From positions 133,026 through 197,025 of IMG/VR virus record IMGVR_UViG_3300028392_000030: a stretch of 64,000 bases of DNA. One strand, 5' to 3'. Each line of letters opens with the position of its first letter. Position 1 is the first letter of the stretch. The stretch comes from a virus. Of the stretch, positions 1 through 9,679 are shown in pieces. The position numbers and the translations under genes are program-made. The notes under the pieces were generated by a model. The model worked only from the letters and a program-made list of their open reading frames with translations. It made no database searches and had not been told where the DNA came from.

Positions 1-1467
1 CGATGTATCATTTAAGTTGGTAGTGACATCAACTCCACTGTTGTGTCCTTTGAACGGTTCGTGGGTAGGAGCTCTGGTAACAATAGTTGGTAATACTCCG
101 GGCTCAGACACCCAACCTTTATTGGCTACCCATCGCGTGTCGGGCAGTTTGAATCCGCTCATGCTGGCCACTGGACTGACTGCCGCGGCAGATCCGCCAT
201 TTAAGTTAATAACTGATGCCTTGAGATTTAAACTTGATCCAGCATTCCAACTGCCAGATTTACTTTGTAATGACAATGCGCCGTCACTTCTAATTCCAAC
301 TCGAGTTTGCCCATACATAGATATTGCCTGGGCGGTACTTATGGTAATACCTGCGACTCCTTCTAACTTGAGCTGAGTGTTGGCTTTAGCTTTGATACTT
401 CCGCCGGCATACATGTTGATGTCTTTGTCGGCATGCAAGTTTAAGGTGCCTTGTGTTCTGACATTGACCGAATTGGTGCTGTAAAGATCTATAGTTCCGT
501 TTTGTCCTAGTTCGATCCAGCTTTGTCCATTGGCATGACAAATATAAAAACAATTGCCGTCGTCGCTCATGGTTATCTGATGGCCTTTGGCTGTGCGTAT
601 ACGCACTAAGGTATCTTTGCCACCTAGGTCACCATCGTCCATGACCAAGGTGTGGCCACCCATACGACCAATCACTACTATGTCTTGTGGTTTAACTGCG
701 CCTGTTTCTAACTGTTTCTTGATAGTTTCTGGTTTTAATCCGCCCTGATATATGGGCTTTCCTGGAGTGCTGATTCCATATACCGAACTAGGACTTTCTC
801 GTTGACTACTGCTTTTGATAGGTCCACGAACAGTATCAGTGATTAATCCTTGTTGTAGAAATGTGCCAGCAATGACACTTTGCACTGGTTTCTGTTGATC
901 ATAAAACTTGGGATTCTGATTAATGCCGACGTTCAGTTCGTTAATTTCTGTTACTGGCAACTGTGTAGCATCACCAAATAGCCCCGACGCTTTGGCTGTG
1001 CTTGATAGTGCATATTCTTTTGTGTCTACTGCACCAATTGCTGGAATCATACGATTGATTCCGTTTACTGGCACACACCCTACATAGAAACCTTTAGTAG
1101 GATCGCCACCTACAAAGAAACACAATACTTGAACTCCAATGTCCGGCGGTGTAAACCACATGCCATAGCTGTTGCTATTGCCAGGATATGTGCCGGCTCC
1201 TGCACTGGTTCCTAACGGTGCTGTTGCTCCGTAAAAAGGCGGACAATAACTCACTGTGCGCCACAAACTAGGATCACCTAGATTAGGTGTGCCGTCTTTA
1301 TTGGTAGCACCAAATTGATCAATATACACTTGTAGTCGTCCACTACGGGTAGTATCTACATTGTTGACCACTGTGCCAATAAACGGACCCATTTCCGCAG
1401 GCATGCCACCACGATCAAATTTGTAGTTCTCTGGGCGACCTCGACTTCTTTGCGTATTCTCTGACAT
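1..1467 (-). CDS. Baseplate hub/central spike protein, gp5/VgrG-like (OB-fold plus beta-helix); runs off the left edge
   Basis: Not in the ORF track because it is truncated. My translation from ATG 1467 gives MSENTQRSRGRP...GPFIGTVVNNVDTTRSGRLQVYI...YGMWFTPPDIGVQVLCFF (gp5 OB-fold), then GHTLVMDD..RIRTAKGHQITMSD..SWIEL...G.IDLYS beta-helix repeats. Confidence 0.8.
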   Translation of the reverse strand, partial: MSENTQRSRGRPENYKFDRGGMPAEMGPFIGTVVNNVDTTRSGRLQVYIDQFGATNKDGTPNLGDPSLWRTVSYCPPFYGATAPLGTSAGAGTYPGNSNSYGMWFTPPDIGVQVLCFFVGGDPTKGFYVGCVPVNGINRMIPAIGAVDTKEYALSSTAKASGLFGDATQLPVTEINELNVGINQNPKFYDQQKPVQSVIAGTFLQQGLITDTVRGPIKSSSQRESPSSVYGISTPGKPIYQGGLKPETIKKQLETGAVKPQDIVVIGRMGGHTLVMDDGDLGGKDTLVRIRTAKGHQITMSDDGNCFYICHANGQSWIELGQNGTIDLYSTNSVNVRTQGTLNLHADKDINMYAGGSIKAKANTQLKLEGVAGITISTAQAISMYGQTRVGIRSDGALSLQSKSGSWNAGSSLNLKASVINLNGGSAAAVSPVASMSGFKLPDTRWVANKGWVSEPGVLPTIVTRAPTHEPFKGHNSGVDVTTNLNDTS

Positions 1468-1470
1468 GCT

Positions 1471-4400
1471 TTATCCGAAAAAATCATTTAAATCTGCTGG
1501 TGTGCTCTGTGGAGCATCCAACAGACGTGGTGTTTCATTGTTTCCGGCAGACAGATATTCACTGGTTGATGCCGAATCACCTGAATCATCTGTGCCTGCC
1601 ATAGTCTGATTACTTACCGGGTTTACAACCGGTGGCCTTTCAATGTCTGCAATTTGTGGTATACCCAGTCTGGCACGAATATAAGGATCAGTAGGGTCGG
1701 CATTACCTAAAGCCGCTCGTTGTTCAGCGGTCAATCCATAATATGGATCTACTACAGCGGCTGCTCCTGCGGTATTCACTGTGTTGTTTAATTTTGATGG
1801 CGAGGTTATTGAGCTGTTTAATATACCTATTACTTGATTACTGCTAGTAGGTAGCCCTGGAAGAACTGATGGCCTTGTTGACTGGCCGCCTAATACGTTT
1901 TGTGCCAAGAAATTTACAGCAGCGTTTGTTGCCGCGCCAACTGCGCCATTGACCGTGGTTGGTATCCAAGCTGGCATTGCAAATCCGCCAATGGCTGCAG
2001 TTGCAGAAGCACCGACTCTACCAGAACTCAAAGCAGTAATGGCCTGTTGTTGAAGAAATTCTGTAGCAGCTGCAGCTGCGGCATTGTCTGCTGTGGTTTT
2101 TTCTAGCAGTATACTGCCTTTGATTTCTTGTGTAAATTTACCTTTGGCAAACGTGCTATAACATTCTTTGGCAATAAATGTTCTATTAATTGCGGCTGGT
2201 CCGCCGGCGCGACCAGTCAGTGCAGTAGCATCAGTGCCGGCACCAGACGTTGAAGAAACTGCTTGGCCAGTGATTGTTTGTAATCCAGTATTGAGATTAT
2301 AGTCATCAGCTGAGTTGAATGCAATACGATACAAAATTTGTCCAGCATCAAAATTTATTGTGCCATCAGCTAAAAAAGAACTAAAATAATCAGAACTACC
2401 AATTGGGCGTCCAACAAATGCTTCCCCTTGTTGTAACCAGGACGGATCACCTACAATGGTTATTGAGCTTTCTTTAAAGTCTGCTGGATTAAACAATTGT
2501 TCAGCAGCATTGGCCACAGGTTCATTGGTTTTGCCATCGGCACCTTGACTGCTTTCTGTGCTTCGTGTTTGATGACTTTGTTGAATTTGATCCTCAGGCG
2601 CCTTGCCTGACCCTGCACCTGCTTTGTTAAAATTGATGCCAGTCAAGGTTAGGTAATATAGATTATTCAAGGTTTCTTCGTAATTTAATACCGAAGTGTT
2701 TTTACCAGTAAACCAATAGTTGTATTCTTTTTGCACTCCTGTAAAAGTTGGTTTAGGAAAGTATTGACTGTTGAGTTGTGCAATGCGGTATGGACTGATG
2801 ATGTATTTGATATTATAAGCAAAGTCATTTCGCTTGGGGTCGTACTTGTCAAATTGCGGTGTGGCCTGAAGATTGATTTTGAACCAAGCTACATTTTTTG
2901 CGGCTGTTCCATTGCTTAATAGTTGTCCAGTTTTTTGATCATAGGTAACCAACTGTTGGTCTTCAAGATAAGAACTATTACGAACAATTTGATCCAGCAG
3001 TTGCACAATCTGCATACCAGCTGTTGCGCCCTGCGTCCGACTGTTGGTGTCTACACTCTGTTTACTACCTAACTTTTGATCAGCAGCTGTTGTGCCAACA
3101 GCGTTACTAGTTTTACTTCGATCAATGTTCCCTGGTTTTTTTACCTTGGCATTTTTTAATGCTGCAGTGGCAAACTCCACAGAATAAACATCTGGATAGG
3201 TGTATGGAAAGTCAGCGCCAGGACCCGATAACTCACGTTGATAATTGTTTAGTGCAGTTATTAGTCCTTGACGAATAGTTCCTCTTGAAATTACAGCAGC
3301 ATTGGCTGGAGCTGGAGGATTACTTGATCCTTCTCGATCTCGTTCTTCATCTTGACGATTTGGATTGTTTGCAACATCTAAACCGCCATTTATTAAATCA
3401 TTCACAGATTGGCCGTTAAGTTCAATATTGTAAGGAATAGATCCACGTTTAGAACCCACGTTGATGTTGTAATGCACTCCAACGGCCTTGACATCATATT
3501 CGACCAATTTGCTACCTACTTTAAATTTAATGTCTTTGATCTGGATTGGGAAAAATTTTTCTACAAACGCATTGGCATCTGTATTTGTGTTGGCACTGTT
3601 GAGGTTGCCTGGTGCACCTCTGACCAAGTTGCCATTTTGATCGTAGCCATAAAATCGTATGACCATTAGATATACAATACTGGACAAACTTTTTTTAGTT
3701 GCTACATCTGGATAAAATTGTTGCGCCGCTTTGGTCAAGTTAGGAATAAGAGTGATACCAGTGGGCTCGGTTATGGTAAAGTCTATATCAACCACATTGT
3801 GGCCTGATCCTGTTCCTTTGCCCATTATTTTAGATTGCAGTTTAACTGTTTCAATGTAATAATCGTTTCCAAAATAGGGTGTTCGACTTCCTGTAGGAAT
3901 GCCTGCACTTTGCATTAACAGCGCACAACCGGTTAGATTTTTTCTCCCAGTGGCGACCATAGTTGTATAGGCTTCTTTAGTAGTGAGATAAAGAGAAACA
4001 CCATAGGTGTAACTGGCGTATTGATCCAACACATTTGGCAAGGGTGTTATTGGTGAATTACTGAAAATTGTATTGATTTCTTGTTGTGTTGCATTTGGAG
4101 TTCGTGCTTGGCCAGAATCTTCTCCTGAGGCACCGGCACCTATTTGTGTGTTGGCCGGAGGAGCCGCCAAGTCAGGGGATGAAATTACACCGTTGCCACG
4201 TAAACCTGATCCACTGCCAGCAAATTGTTGTGCGGCAGCCAATTGTGCTTGTGTTAATCTACCGGGACCGCCAGTGGCCTGTGTTTGACTAAGAGGTCTA
4301 ACTGGTGCATCCAGTCCTTGATTTACATTAGGAACACCTGTGGCAGAATCACCTGGTGGCGTAGCATTGGTACCAGATGTAGTGTCTGGCACTGTGGCTA

Positions 4401-4725
4401 TGCGACCGTCGGGTCGCAGGACTTGTTGTGGGTTATCTGGCGACTGTGGTAACGATCCTGTGGCCGTAGCCAACTGGTCTTCCCTGACCAAGTTTCCTGA
4501 GCTGGCTGTAGACAGTGCGCCTGTGGTAATGGCATTGGCAATAAATTGTTGACCGCCTTGTGCCACAAATTGAGCATAGGCCTGTGCTTCTAATGTTCCA
4601 GGAGCAGCCCCAGAATATGTGTCATTGCCCAGTTGAATGCTCAACTGGATCGCCGTCATTTGTTTTAAAGACAAAGGTTGCCCTGGTACATAAAGTTCAC
4701 CGCCAATCAAAAGTTGTGTGGCCAT
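1471..4725 (-). CDS. Large baseplate/hub-associated structural protein (gp27-like core suspected)
   Basis: 1084-aa ORF between the gp53-like and gp5-like genes, with a conserved-looking core (NVLDQYASYTY, ITEPTGITL, WFKI, VQKEYNYWFTGKN) flanked by low-complexity termini. Function inferred from synteny. Confidence 0.45.
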   Translation of the reverse strand: MATQLLIGGELYVPGQPLSLKQMTAIQLSIQLGNDTYSGAAPGTLEAQAYAQFVAQGGQQFIANAITTGALSTASSGNLVREDQLATATGSLPQSPDNPQQVLRPDGRIATVPDTTSGTNATPPGDSATGVPNVNQGLDAPVRPLSQTQATGGPGRLTQAQLAAAQQFAGSGSGLRGNGVISSPDLAAPPANTQIGAGASGEDSGQARTPNATQQEINTIFSNSPITPLPNVLDQYASYTYGVSLYLTTKEAYTTMVATGRKNLTGCALLMQSAGIPTGSRTPYFGNDYYIETVKLQSKIMGKGTGSGHNVVDIDFTITEPTGITLIPNLTKAAQQFYPDVATKKSLSSIVYLMVIRFYGYDQNGNLVRGAPGNLNSANTNTDANAFVEKFFPIQIKDIKFKVGSKLVEYDVKAVGVHYNINVGSKRGSIPYNIELNGQSVNDLINGGLDVANNPNRQDEERDREGSSNPPAPANAAVISRGTIRQGLITALNNYQRELSGPGADFPYTYPDVYSVEFATAALKNAKVKKPGNIDRSKTSNAVGTTAADQKLGSKQSVDTNSRTQGATAGMQIVQLLDQIVRNSSYLEDQQLVTYDQKTGQLLSNGTAAKNVAWFKINLQATPQFDKYDPKRNDFAYNIKYIISPYRIAQLNSQYFPKPTFTGVQKEYNYWFTGKNTSVLNYEETLNNLYYLTLTGINFNKAGAGSGKAPEDQIQQSHQTRSTESSQGADGKTNEPVANAAEQLFNPADFKESSITIVGDPSWLQQGEAFVGRPIGSSDYFSSFLADGTINFDAGQILYRIAFNSADDYNLNTGLQTITGQAVSSTSGAGTDATALTGRAGGPAAINRTFIAKECYSTFAKGKFTQEIKGSILLEKTTADNAAAAAATEFLQQQAITALSSGRVGASATAAIGGFAMPAWIPTTVNGAVGAATNAAVNFLAQNVLGGQSTRPSVLPGLPTSSNQVIGILNSSITSPSKLNNTVNTAGAAAVVDPYYGLTAEQRAALGNADPTDPYIRARLGIPQIADIERPPVVNPVSNQTMAGTDDSGDSASTSEYLSAGNNETPRLLDAPQSTPADLNDFFG

Positions 4726-4726
4726 G

Positions 4727-5029
4727 TTAGAATCCCAATGTATCGCGCAGTGTGTTTATGGTAGGAAGATAAATGGTAGTTCCTGCTTTGAAATCCAAAG
4801 GCGGCGCTTGTAGCGTGTTGGGATTGCGTTGATAAAATACCCACCACAAGGTTGGTGTTTGATACAAGTCAAGTGCCAATAGATCTGGCCTATATTGATA
4901 GGTTAAATTTATCACCATCTGCTGATCGTCTGGCAGTTTTGGTATAGGCCTGTTGACCATTGGGTTAAGATAGAACTGTGTGTAGCCCGTGGTAAAATAA
5001 GGACTGGTTGAGTCGTATGTGTTGGCCAT
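4727..5029 (-). CDS. Baseplate wedge protein, gp53-like (LysM-type)
   Basis: YQYRPDLLALDLYQTPTLWWVF motif is typical of gp53/LysM baseplate proteins. Confidence 0.75.
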   Translation of the reverse strand: MANTYDSTSPYFTTGYTQFYLNPMVNRPIPKLPDDQQMVINLTYQYRPDLLALDLYQTPTLWWVFYQRNPNTLQAPPLDFKAGTTIYLPTINTLRDTLGF

Positions 5030-7029
5030 TACCAGAATCCTCCTTTAAGCAAGTTACCATTGGCAAAACCTCTGAGACTAAATTGTTGACTGACTTGACT
5101 GCGTGTCTGCACTGGCAATAACACCAGGCTCATTTCCATCTTGGTAGGAACATAGGTAGGGTTGCCGGCGGCCAAGCTGCCTTGTGGTGCAAACGGTGCT
5201 GTTACAGCACCTGGAAAAATCTTCTGCCCAAGACTGGAGAGCCGTTGAATCGTACTGCTTATTGGATTCCCTAAAGTTGTTTGTCTAGTGCGAGCGGCCA
5301 ATTGGTTACCACCATTGACCACAGTGCTTTGGGCACGAATATAGTTGACGTCTGCGGGCAAGTTGTAGTTGAACTGTGACACCAAGCAAGGATGTCGATT
5401 AAACTGAAAGTCTCCTAGACCACTTAAAAATACCAGTGGTGGAGGTGTTCCGCGTTGTGCATCTTGTCCATAGAACATTTTGGTAACTGACCTGAAAAAA
5501 TGTATGCAGGCCAGCATATAATTGGCCTCTACAGTATCTTGAGCTGTGAATGTGGCTTTGATGTTGATGCCATCTATATAACTGTTCTGATAAAAATAAC
5601 CACGATAGTTACTGTGTGTAAGGTCATACTGAGAATAATTTGCCCGGTATGCTGTGTCTATTGTTGGTGTGTATGGAAATATTACTCCGTCGGTATCTCG
5701 TAGAGGCCAAAGCAATGGCCCGCAATCAGGTGCGTTATACAAATAGTCAGATGCGTTTGCTAACTGCAATCTTACACGCCAATCACCAGTGGCCGCATTT
5801 GTATTGCTTTGGACTCGGGCTGTTTGTTGATTCTGCGCTTGTCTCAATAGTCCTTGAGCTCTTGCGGCGGCATCAGCAATTGCAGTTGTGACTGCTGTGC
5901 CACCCGGAATTAAGCTCGCAGCTGCGGCAAGAGCTTCTGCGGTCGATAAAGGCGGTGTGGCCAAACTAGGATCGTTGACTGTGCCCGGAGTGTTGGTTTT
6001 TATTATTTGAGTAACATTTGAAGTTGGAGAATCACCAGCATCAACAAATGTTTGATCCTGTGCTTGTAGTATGGCCTGTTGCTGAGTTAATCCAGTGGCT
6101 ACAATTTGCCCAGTTTGTTCATTCTTTACATAGTAAGTGCCATTTTCTGGATCTTGTCCAGTGGTGTAACCAACATTGCCAGCTGACCTGTCTACCTGAC
6201 CGGCTGGAACATTGGTTGTTCTCTGTGACGATGCTATTGCGCTAGGATCATTGTTGGGATTAGCTGGGCCTGTACCAGTAGGAATCAATGAACCATTGGC
6301 GTCGACTGGTTGTCCGTCGCCATTGACAAATCCACCAAAGCCATCATCATAGATATTACCTACACTTTCACCGTCGGCCTTTGTTGTGCTTGGCGCAGCC
6401 GATGCAGTGGTTGTGGCCGGAGCCGGTGGTCCTACAAAGCCTGGATTACTAGGATCAGTAACTGGACCTGCTTTGACTGAGTTGACCGCAGCATTGAGAC
6501 TACGAGTGGCATAGGGTTGCAAGGCTGGCGGAACATTTTGTGCAATTACTTGTTTTGCTGTTTGACCCACAAATTGTTTAGCATACCCTTCTACCGTTTT
6601 ACTGATTTTCTCCGGAGTGATTTGAGCCAGTTGTTTTTTTATAGCATCTTGAGCTGAAGTTAATGCGTCGCTGGCTTTGGCCTGCAGCTGCTCAAGAGTG
6701 CTGGGCGGTGTAAAAGCTCCTTGCTCAGGAACTCCGTAGCCTTCTATTTCAGTAGCCCCAGGATTGAGTGCAGTGGCGCCTGTTTCATTGACACCATATC
6801 CTTCAATTGCGGTTGGGTCATTGACAATTGATGCCGGATTAGTAGCATCAACAAAGTTGGAATCGCCGGCAAAATCGCCCACCTGATCCCATTGTCCAAA
6901 TGAGTCACCTACATTGGATGTCAAATTCTCCGCGCCATAATCCAAGGCATCAGGACTTACCTCGACCACCGAATCAACCGGAACGGCATCTACATTCTCG
7001 ACTATGTCTGCAAAATCTTCAATACCCAT
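5029..7029 (-). CDS. Baseplate-tail tube junction protein (gp48/gp54-like C-terminal domain) with a long acidic low-complexity N-terminus
   Basis: C-terminal VIFPYTPTI...THSNY...FTAQ...HFFRSVTKMFYG...PPPLVFLSG.G...F...P domain, and its position in the baseplate cluster. Confidence 0.5.
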   Translation of the reverse strand: MGIEDFADIVENVDAVPVDSVVEVSPDALDYGAENLTSNVGDSFGQWDQVGDFAGDSNFVDATNPASIVNDPTAIEGYGVNETGATALNPGATEIEGYGVPEQGAFTPPSTLEQLQAKASDALTSAQDAIKKQLAQITPEKISKTVEGYAKQFVGQTAKQVIAQNVPPALQPYATRSLNAAVNSVKAGPVTDPSNPGFVGPPAPATTTASAAPSTTKADGESVGNIYDDGFGGFVNGDGQPVDANGSLIPTGTGPANPNNDPSAIASSQRTTNVPAGQVDRSAGNVGYTTGQDPENGTYYVKNEQTGQIVATGLTQQQAILQAQDQTFVDAGDSPTSNVTQIIKTNTPGTVNDPSLATPPLSTAEALAAAASLIPGGTAVTTAIADAAARAQGLLRQAQNQQTARVQSNTNAATGDWRVRLQLANASDYLYNAPDCGPLLWPLRDTDGVIFPYTPTIDTAYRANYSQYDLTHSNYRGYFYQNSYIDGINIKATFTAQDTVEANYMLACIHFFRSVTKMFYGQDAQRGTPPPLVFLSGLGDFQFNRHPCLVSQFNYNLPADVNYIRAQSTVVNGGNQLAARTRQTTLGNPISSTIQRLSSLGQKIFPGAVTAPFAPQGSLAAGNPTYVPTKMEMSLVLLPVQTRSQVSQQFSLRGFANGNLLKGGFW

Positions 7030-7040
7030 TTATTGAATCC

Positions 7041-7433
7041 TTAATATGTTTCACTTAAAACTGCGGTATCAGTTTCGTCAGTTGGATTAGCATGAACGCA
7101 ATACCAAACCGAATCCTCTAATGTGTATATTTGATAACGAATCATAGCATCAATCTTCACATGCATTGGTGCTGATATTTTAGTTTTTTCTTGCCCGTTG
7201 TCTATTATAACCGAGCCTTCAGCAAGAATACTGATGTGATTGTCTGGAAAACGTTTGGTGTATAACTTTAATCCTTTGGGCACCATAAACAATTTTATAT
7301 ACACACCATCACTTAATACATGATTGATTTTGGCTACATCTAAAAGTTTCATGCGCTTAGGCCGTGTTACAACCGGCGTGTCGGCAACAACTGGGTCTGT
7401 ATCTAATGGCATTTGTGTATCAGTATTCAGCAT
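7041..7433 (-). CDS. Cupin-fold protein
   Basis: NHVLSDGVYIKLFMVPKG...HISILAEGSV...WYCVH is cupin-like. Start placed at ATG 7433, 4 nt after a TAAATA box. Confidence 0.6.
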   Translation of the reverse strand: MLNTDTQMPLDTDPVVADTPVVTRPKRMKLLDVAKINHVLSDGVYIKLFMVPKGLKLYTKRFPDNHISILAEGSVIIDNGQEKTKISAPMHVKIDAMIRYQIYTLEDSVWYCVHANPTDETDTAVLSETY

Positions 7434-7476
7434 CTTGTATTTACCCAAAACAAAATAGGCGTAGTTTATAAAAAGG

Positions 7477-7504
7477 TTGACAACTGTGGTTTTTGTGCTA
7501 CAAT
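7477..7504 (+). promoter_or_regulatory. Sigma70-like promoter for the gp55-like gene, with an overlapping TAAATA late box
   Basis: TTGACA (7477-7482), 16 bp, TACAAT (7499-7504), running into ATAAATAT. AGGAG Shine-Dalgarno precedes GTG 7530. Confidence 0.55.
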
Positions 7505-7529
7505 AAATATATTATTAGGAGACCCATCT

Positions 7530-8447
7530 GTGGCCACATCACTGCTTCCAAGAACCCCGGCAAAAACCAACTATCTCAACAACAGAGATATCTTAAAACA
7601 AATACACCTTAGCAAAAACACATACTGTTCGTATACAGATCCTGTTGCAGATCATCAATATGATATTATTTTACCCAGCTTGGCCAAGATCAATCAACGC
7701 ACAGTGGCCGAAGCCAGACGCAATCGTGCAGACCGTTTAAAGCGTGAAGGTACGATCATTGACCCAAAAAAGATACCCAACACTGACTTGGTATTCCGTA
7801 TTACCTGTTGGGAGCATATACCCATGGCACCCAAAAAAGTGTCTAAAAATGCTACAAAAAAGAAAAAAATTGAAGATATATTTGATTTAGACTTGCCAGA
7901 AGAAGATGATCCATTGGCCGAATTGATTGATATTCCTGTGTTAGATCCCAAACATGTCAGATTAAACTTTCCTCCTTTTTATCACTACAGAATAGATGAA
8001 AACAAACAGCCGTACCAAGTGGGCAAGAGTCACTGGATCGGCGATTTTGACAATGGAGAGTTCAGCAAGGACCACGGACAAGTCACACGCACCTTGGCTA
8101 CTATGTATATGAAATTATGCGAGCGTTATGCCACACGATCAAACTGGAGAGGATACACTTACAATGAAGAAATGCGCGGACAAGCCCTGTTACAACTCAG
8201 TCAAATTGGACTGCAATTTGATGAATCAAAATCGCAGAACCCTTTTGCGTATTATACTGCCGCTATCACTAATAGCTTTACTCGTATCTTGAATCTTGAA
8301 AAGAAGAATCAAAACATTCGAGATGACATGTTGGAACAGGCTGGCCTTAATCCAAGTTGGACACGCCAGAATGCTGGCAAGAAAAATCAAAATTTAAGTT
8401 CTGCGGTTACCAATATTGACGTTGCCGAATACAACAATACAAATTAA
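7530..8447 (+). CDS. Late-transcription sigma factor, T4 gp55-like
   Basis: EEMRGQALLQL...FDESKSQNPFAYYT...NSFTRILNLEKKNQ matches the gp55 NPFAY(F/Y)T motif. It lies upstream of gp47/gp46 as in T4. The GTG start follows AGGAG. Confidence 0.8.
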   Translation: MATSLLPRTPAKTNYLNNRDILKQIHLSKNTYCSYTDPVADHQYDIILPSLAKINQRTVAEARRNRADRLKREGTIIDPKKIPNTDLVFRITCWEHIPMAPKKVSKNATKKKKIEDIFDLDLPEEDDPLAELIDIPVLDPKHVRLNFPPFYHYRIDENKQPYQVGKSHWIGDFDNGEFSKDHGQVTRTLATMYMKLCERYATRSNWRGYTYNEEMRGQALLQLSQIGLQFDESKSQNPFAYYTAAITNSFTRILNLEKKNQNIRDDMLEQAGLNPSWTRQNAGKKNQNLSSAVTNIDVAEYNNTN

Positions 8448-9634
8448 TGGATAAAAAATCTGTATACTGCACCGCTCCGTGGAACGGGTTGAATATCCGT
8501 GAAAATGGAAAAGTCCTCACGTGTTGTGTTGGCCGTAAAGTTTTAGTAGATTTAAAAATTGACGACGTCAACAACATTGAACAATCAACAGTGCTACAGG
8601 AAATTCGTAATACAATGTTAACTGGCAAGCCGGACGTTGAAAATTGTAGCAACTGCATTAAACAAGAAAAAAATGATGGGTTTTCTACATTACGAAATCA
8701 TTTTAATAAATTTTATCCAGATTTTGACTCCAACTGTATTATTCCAAAATATTTAGATCTGCGCTGGAATAATACTTGCAACCTTGCTTGTATGTATTGT
8801 GGGCCACATTTTAGTAATACGTGGAATACTAAATTAAAACAAAATAGTAGTGCATGGAATAATAATTTAAAACAAAACAATTTAAAACCAGTTAACCCGT
8901 ATCAAGACGAATTATTAAGTTGGGTGTTAGATCGTGCATCACATGTAAAAGAAATTGCGTTAGTTGGTGGTGAACCATTATTAATGAAACAAAATTACGA
9001 ATTATTGAAGTTGTTACCACTAGATTGCCAAATCAGTATTATTACTAATTTAAGTTATGATTTAAAAAATTTACCTTGTTTACCAGATTTATTAAAACGA
9101 CCAGCAGACAATATTAAGTGGACCATAAGTGCAGAAAATACACACCAACAATTTGAATATGTTCGACAAGGTGCTAACTGGGCCCAATTTGAAGATAATA
9201 TTAAATTTTTACGACAACATTGGGAAAATAGCATTACCCTTAATATGGTCTATAGTATTTTTAATGCTTTTGAGCTATTAGAAATTGTAAAGACCTACAA
9301 ATTTCTAGGGATACAAAAATTTAATTTATTACCAGTGGACGCAAACGATTCGATAAATGTTTCTTTTATGCCTACCCCTATTAGGCTATTAGCTAAGAAA
9401 ATATTAGATCAAATTATTGAATTTCATGTCAATTCGTTACATCCAGAAGACAAAGATTTATATCCTATATTAGGATTTGAACAAATAATGATACATTTAG
9501 AACAAGGCAGTGGACAAACAATCGGTTTAGAAGATTTTCAAAAACAAATTAACTGGTATGATCAATGGAGTAGTATTCCTTTTAAAGATCTTTGGCCTGA
9601 TGTAACTGCAATAACCAAGCAATATCTTATCTGA
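8447..9634 (+). CDS. Radical SAM protein with N-terminal twitch/SPASM-like Cys cluster
   Basis: CNLACMYC (CxxxCxxC), GGEPLL, and N-terminal CTAPW...TCC...CSNC. Confidence 0.85.
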   Translation: MDKKSVYCTAPWNGLNIRENGKVLTCCVGRKVLVDLKIDDVNNIEQSTVLQEIRNTMLTGKPDVENCSNCIKQEKNDGFSTLRNHFNKFYPDFDSNCIIPKYLDLRWNNTCNLACMYCGPHFSNTWNTKLKQNSSAWNNNLKQNNLKPVNPYQDELLSWVLDRASHVKEIALVGGEPLLMKQNYELLKLLPLDCQISIITNLSYDLKNLPCLPDLLKRPADNIKWTISAENTHQQFEYVRQGANWAQFEDNIKFLRQHWENSITLNMVYSIFNAFELLEIVKTYKFLGIQKFNLLPVDANDSINVSFMPTPIRLLAKKILDQIIEFHVNSLHPEDKDLYPILGFEQIMIHLEQGSGQTIGLEDFQKQINWYDQWSSIPFKDLWPDVTAITKQYLI

Positions 9635-9643
9635 CCAGTTTGC

Positions 9644-9672
9644 TTGTTTTTATTCAATTTATCGCGTATACT
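9644..9672 (+). promoter_or_regulatory. Sigma70-like promoter, leaderless to gp47
   Basis: TTGTTT, 17 bp, TATACT, 7 nt, ATG 9680; no SD. Confidence 0.55.
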
Positions 9673-9679
9673 GTAATCT

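Noticed and set aside
17-376. 119-aa plus-strand ORF
   Set aside because: Antisense to the gp5-like gene, which is open across the region.
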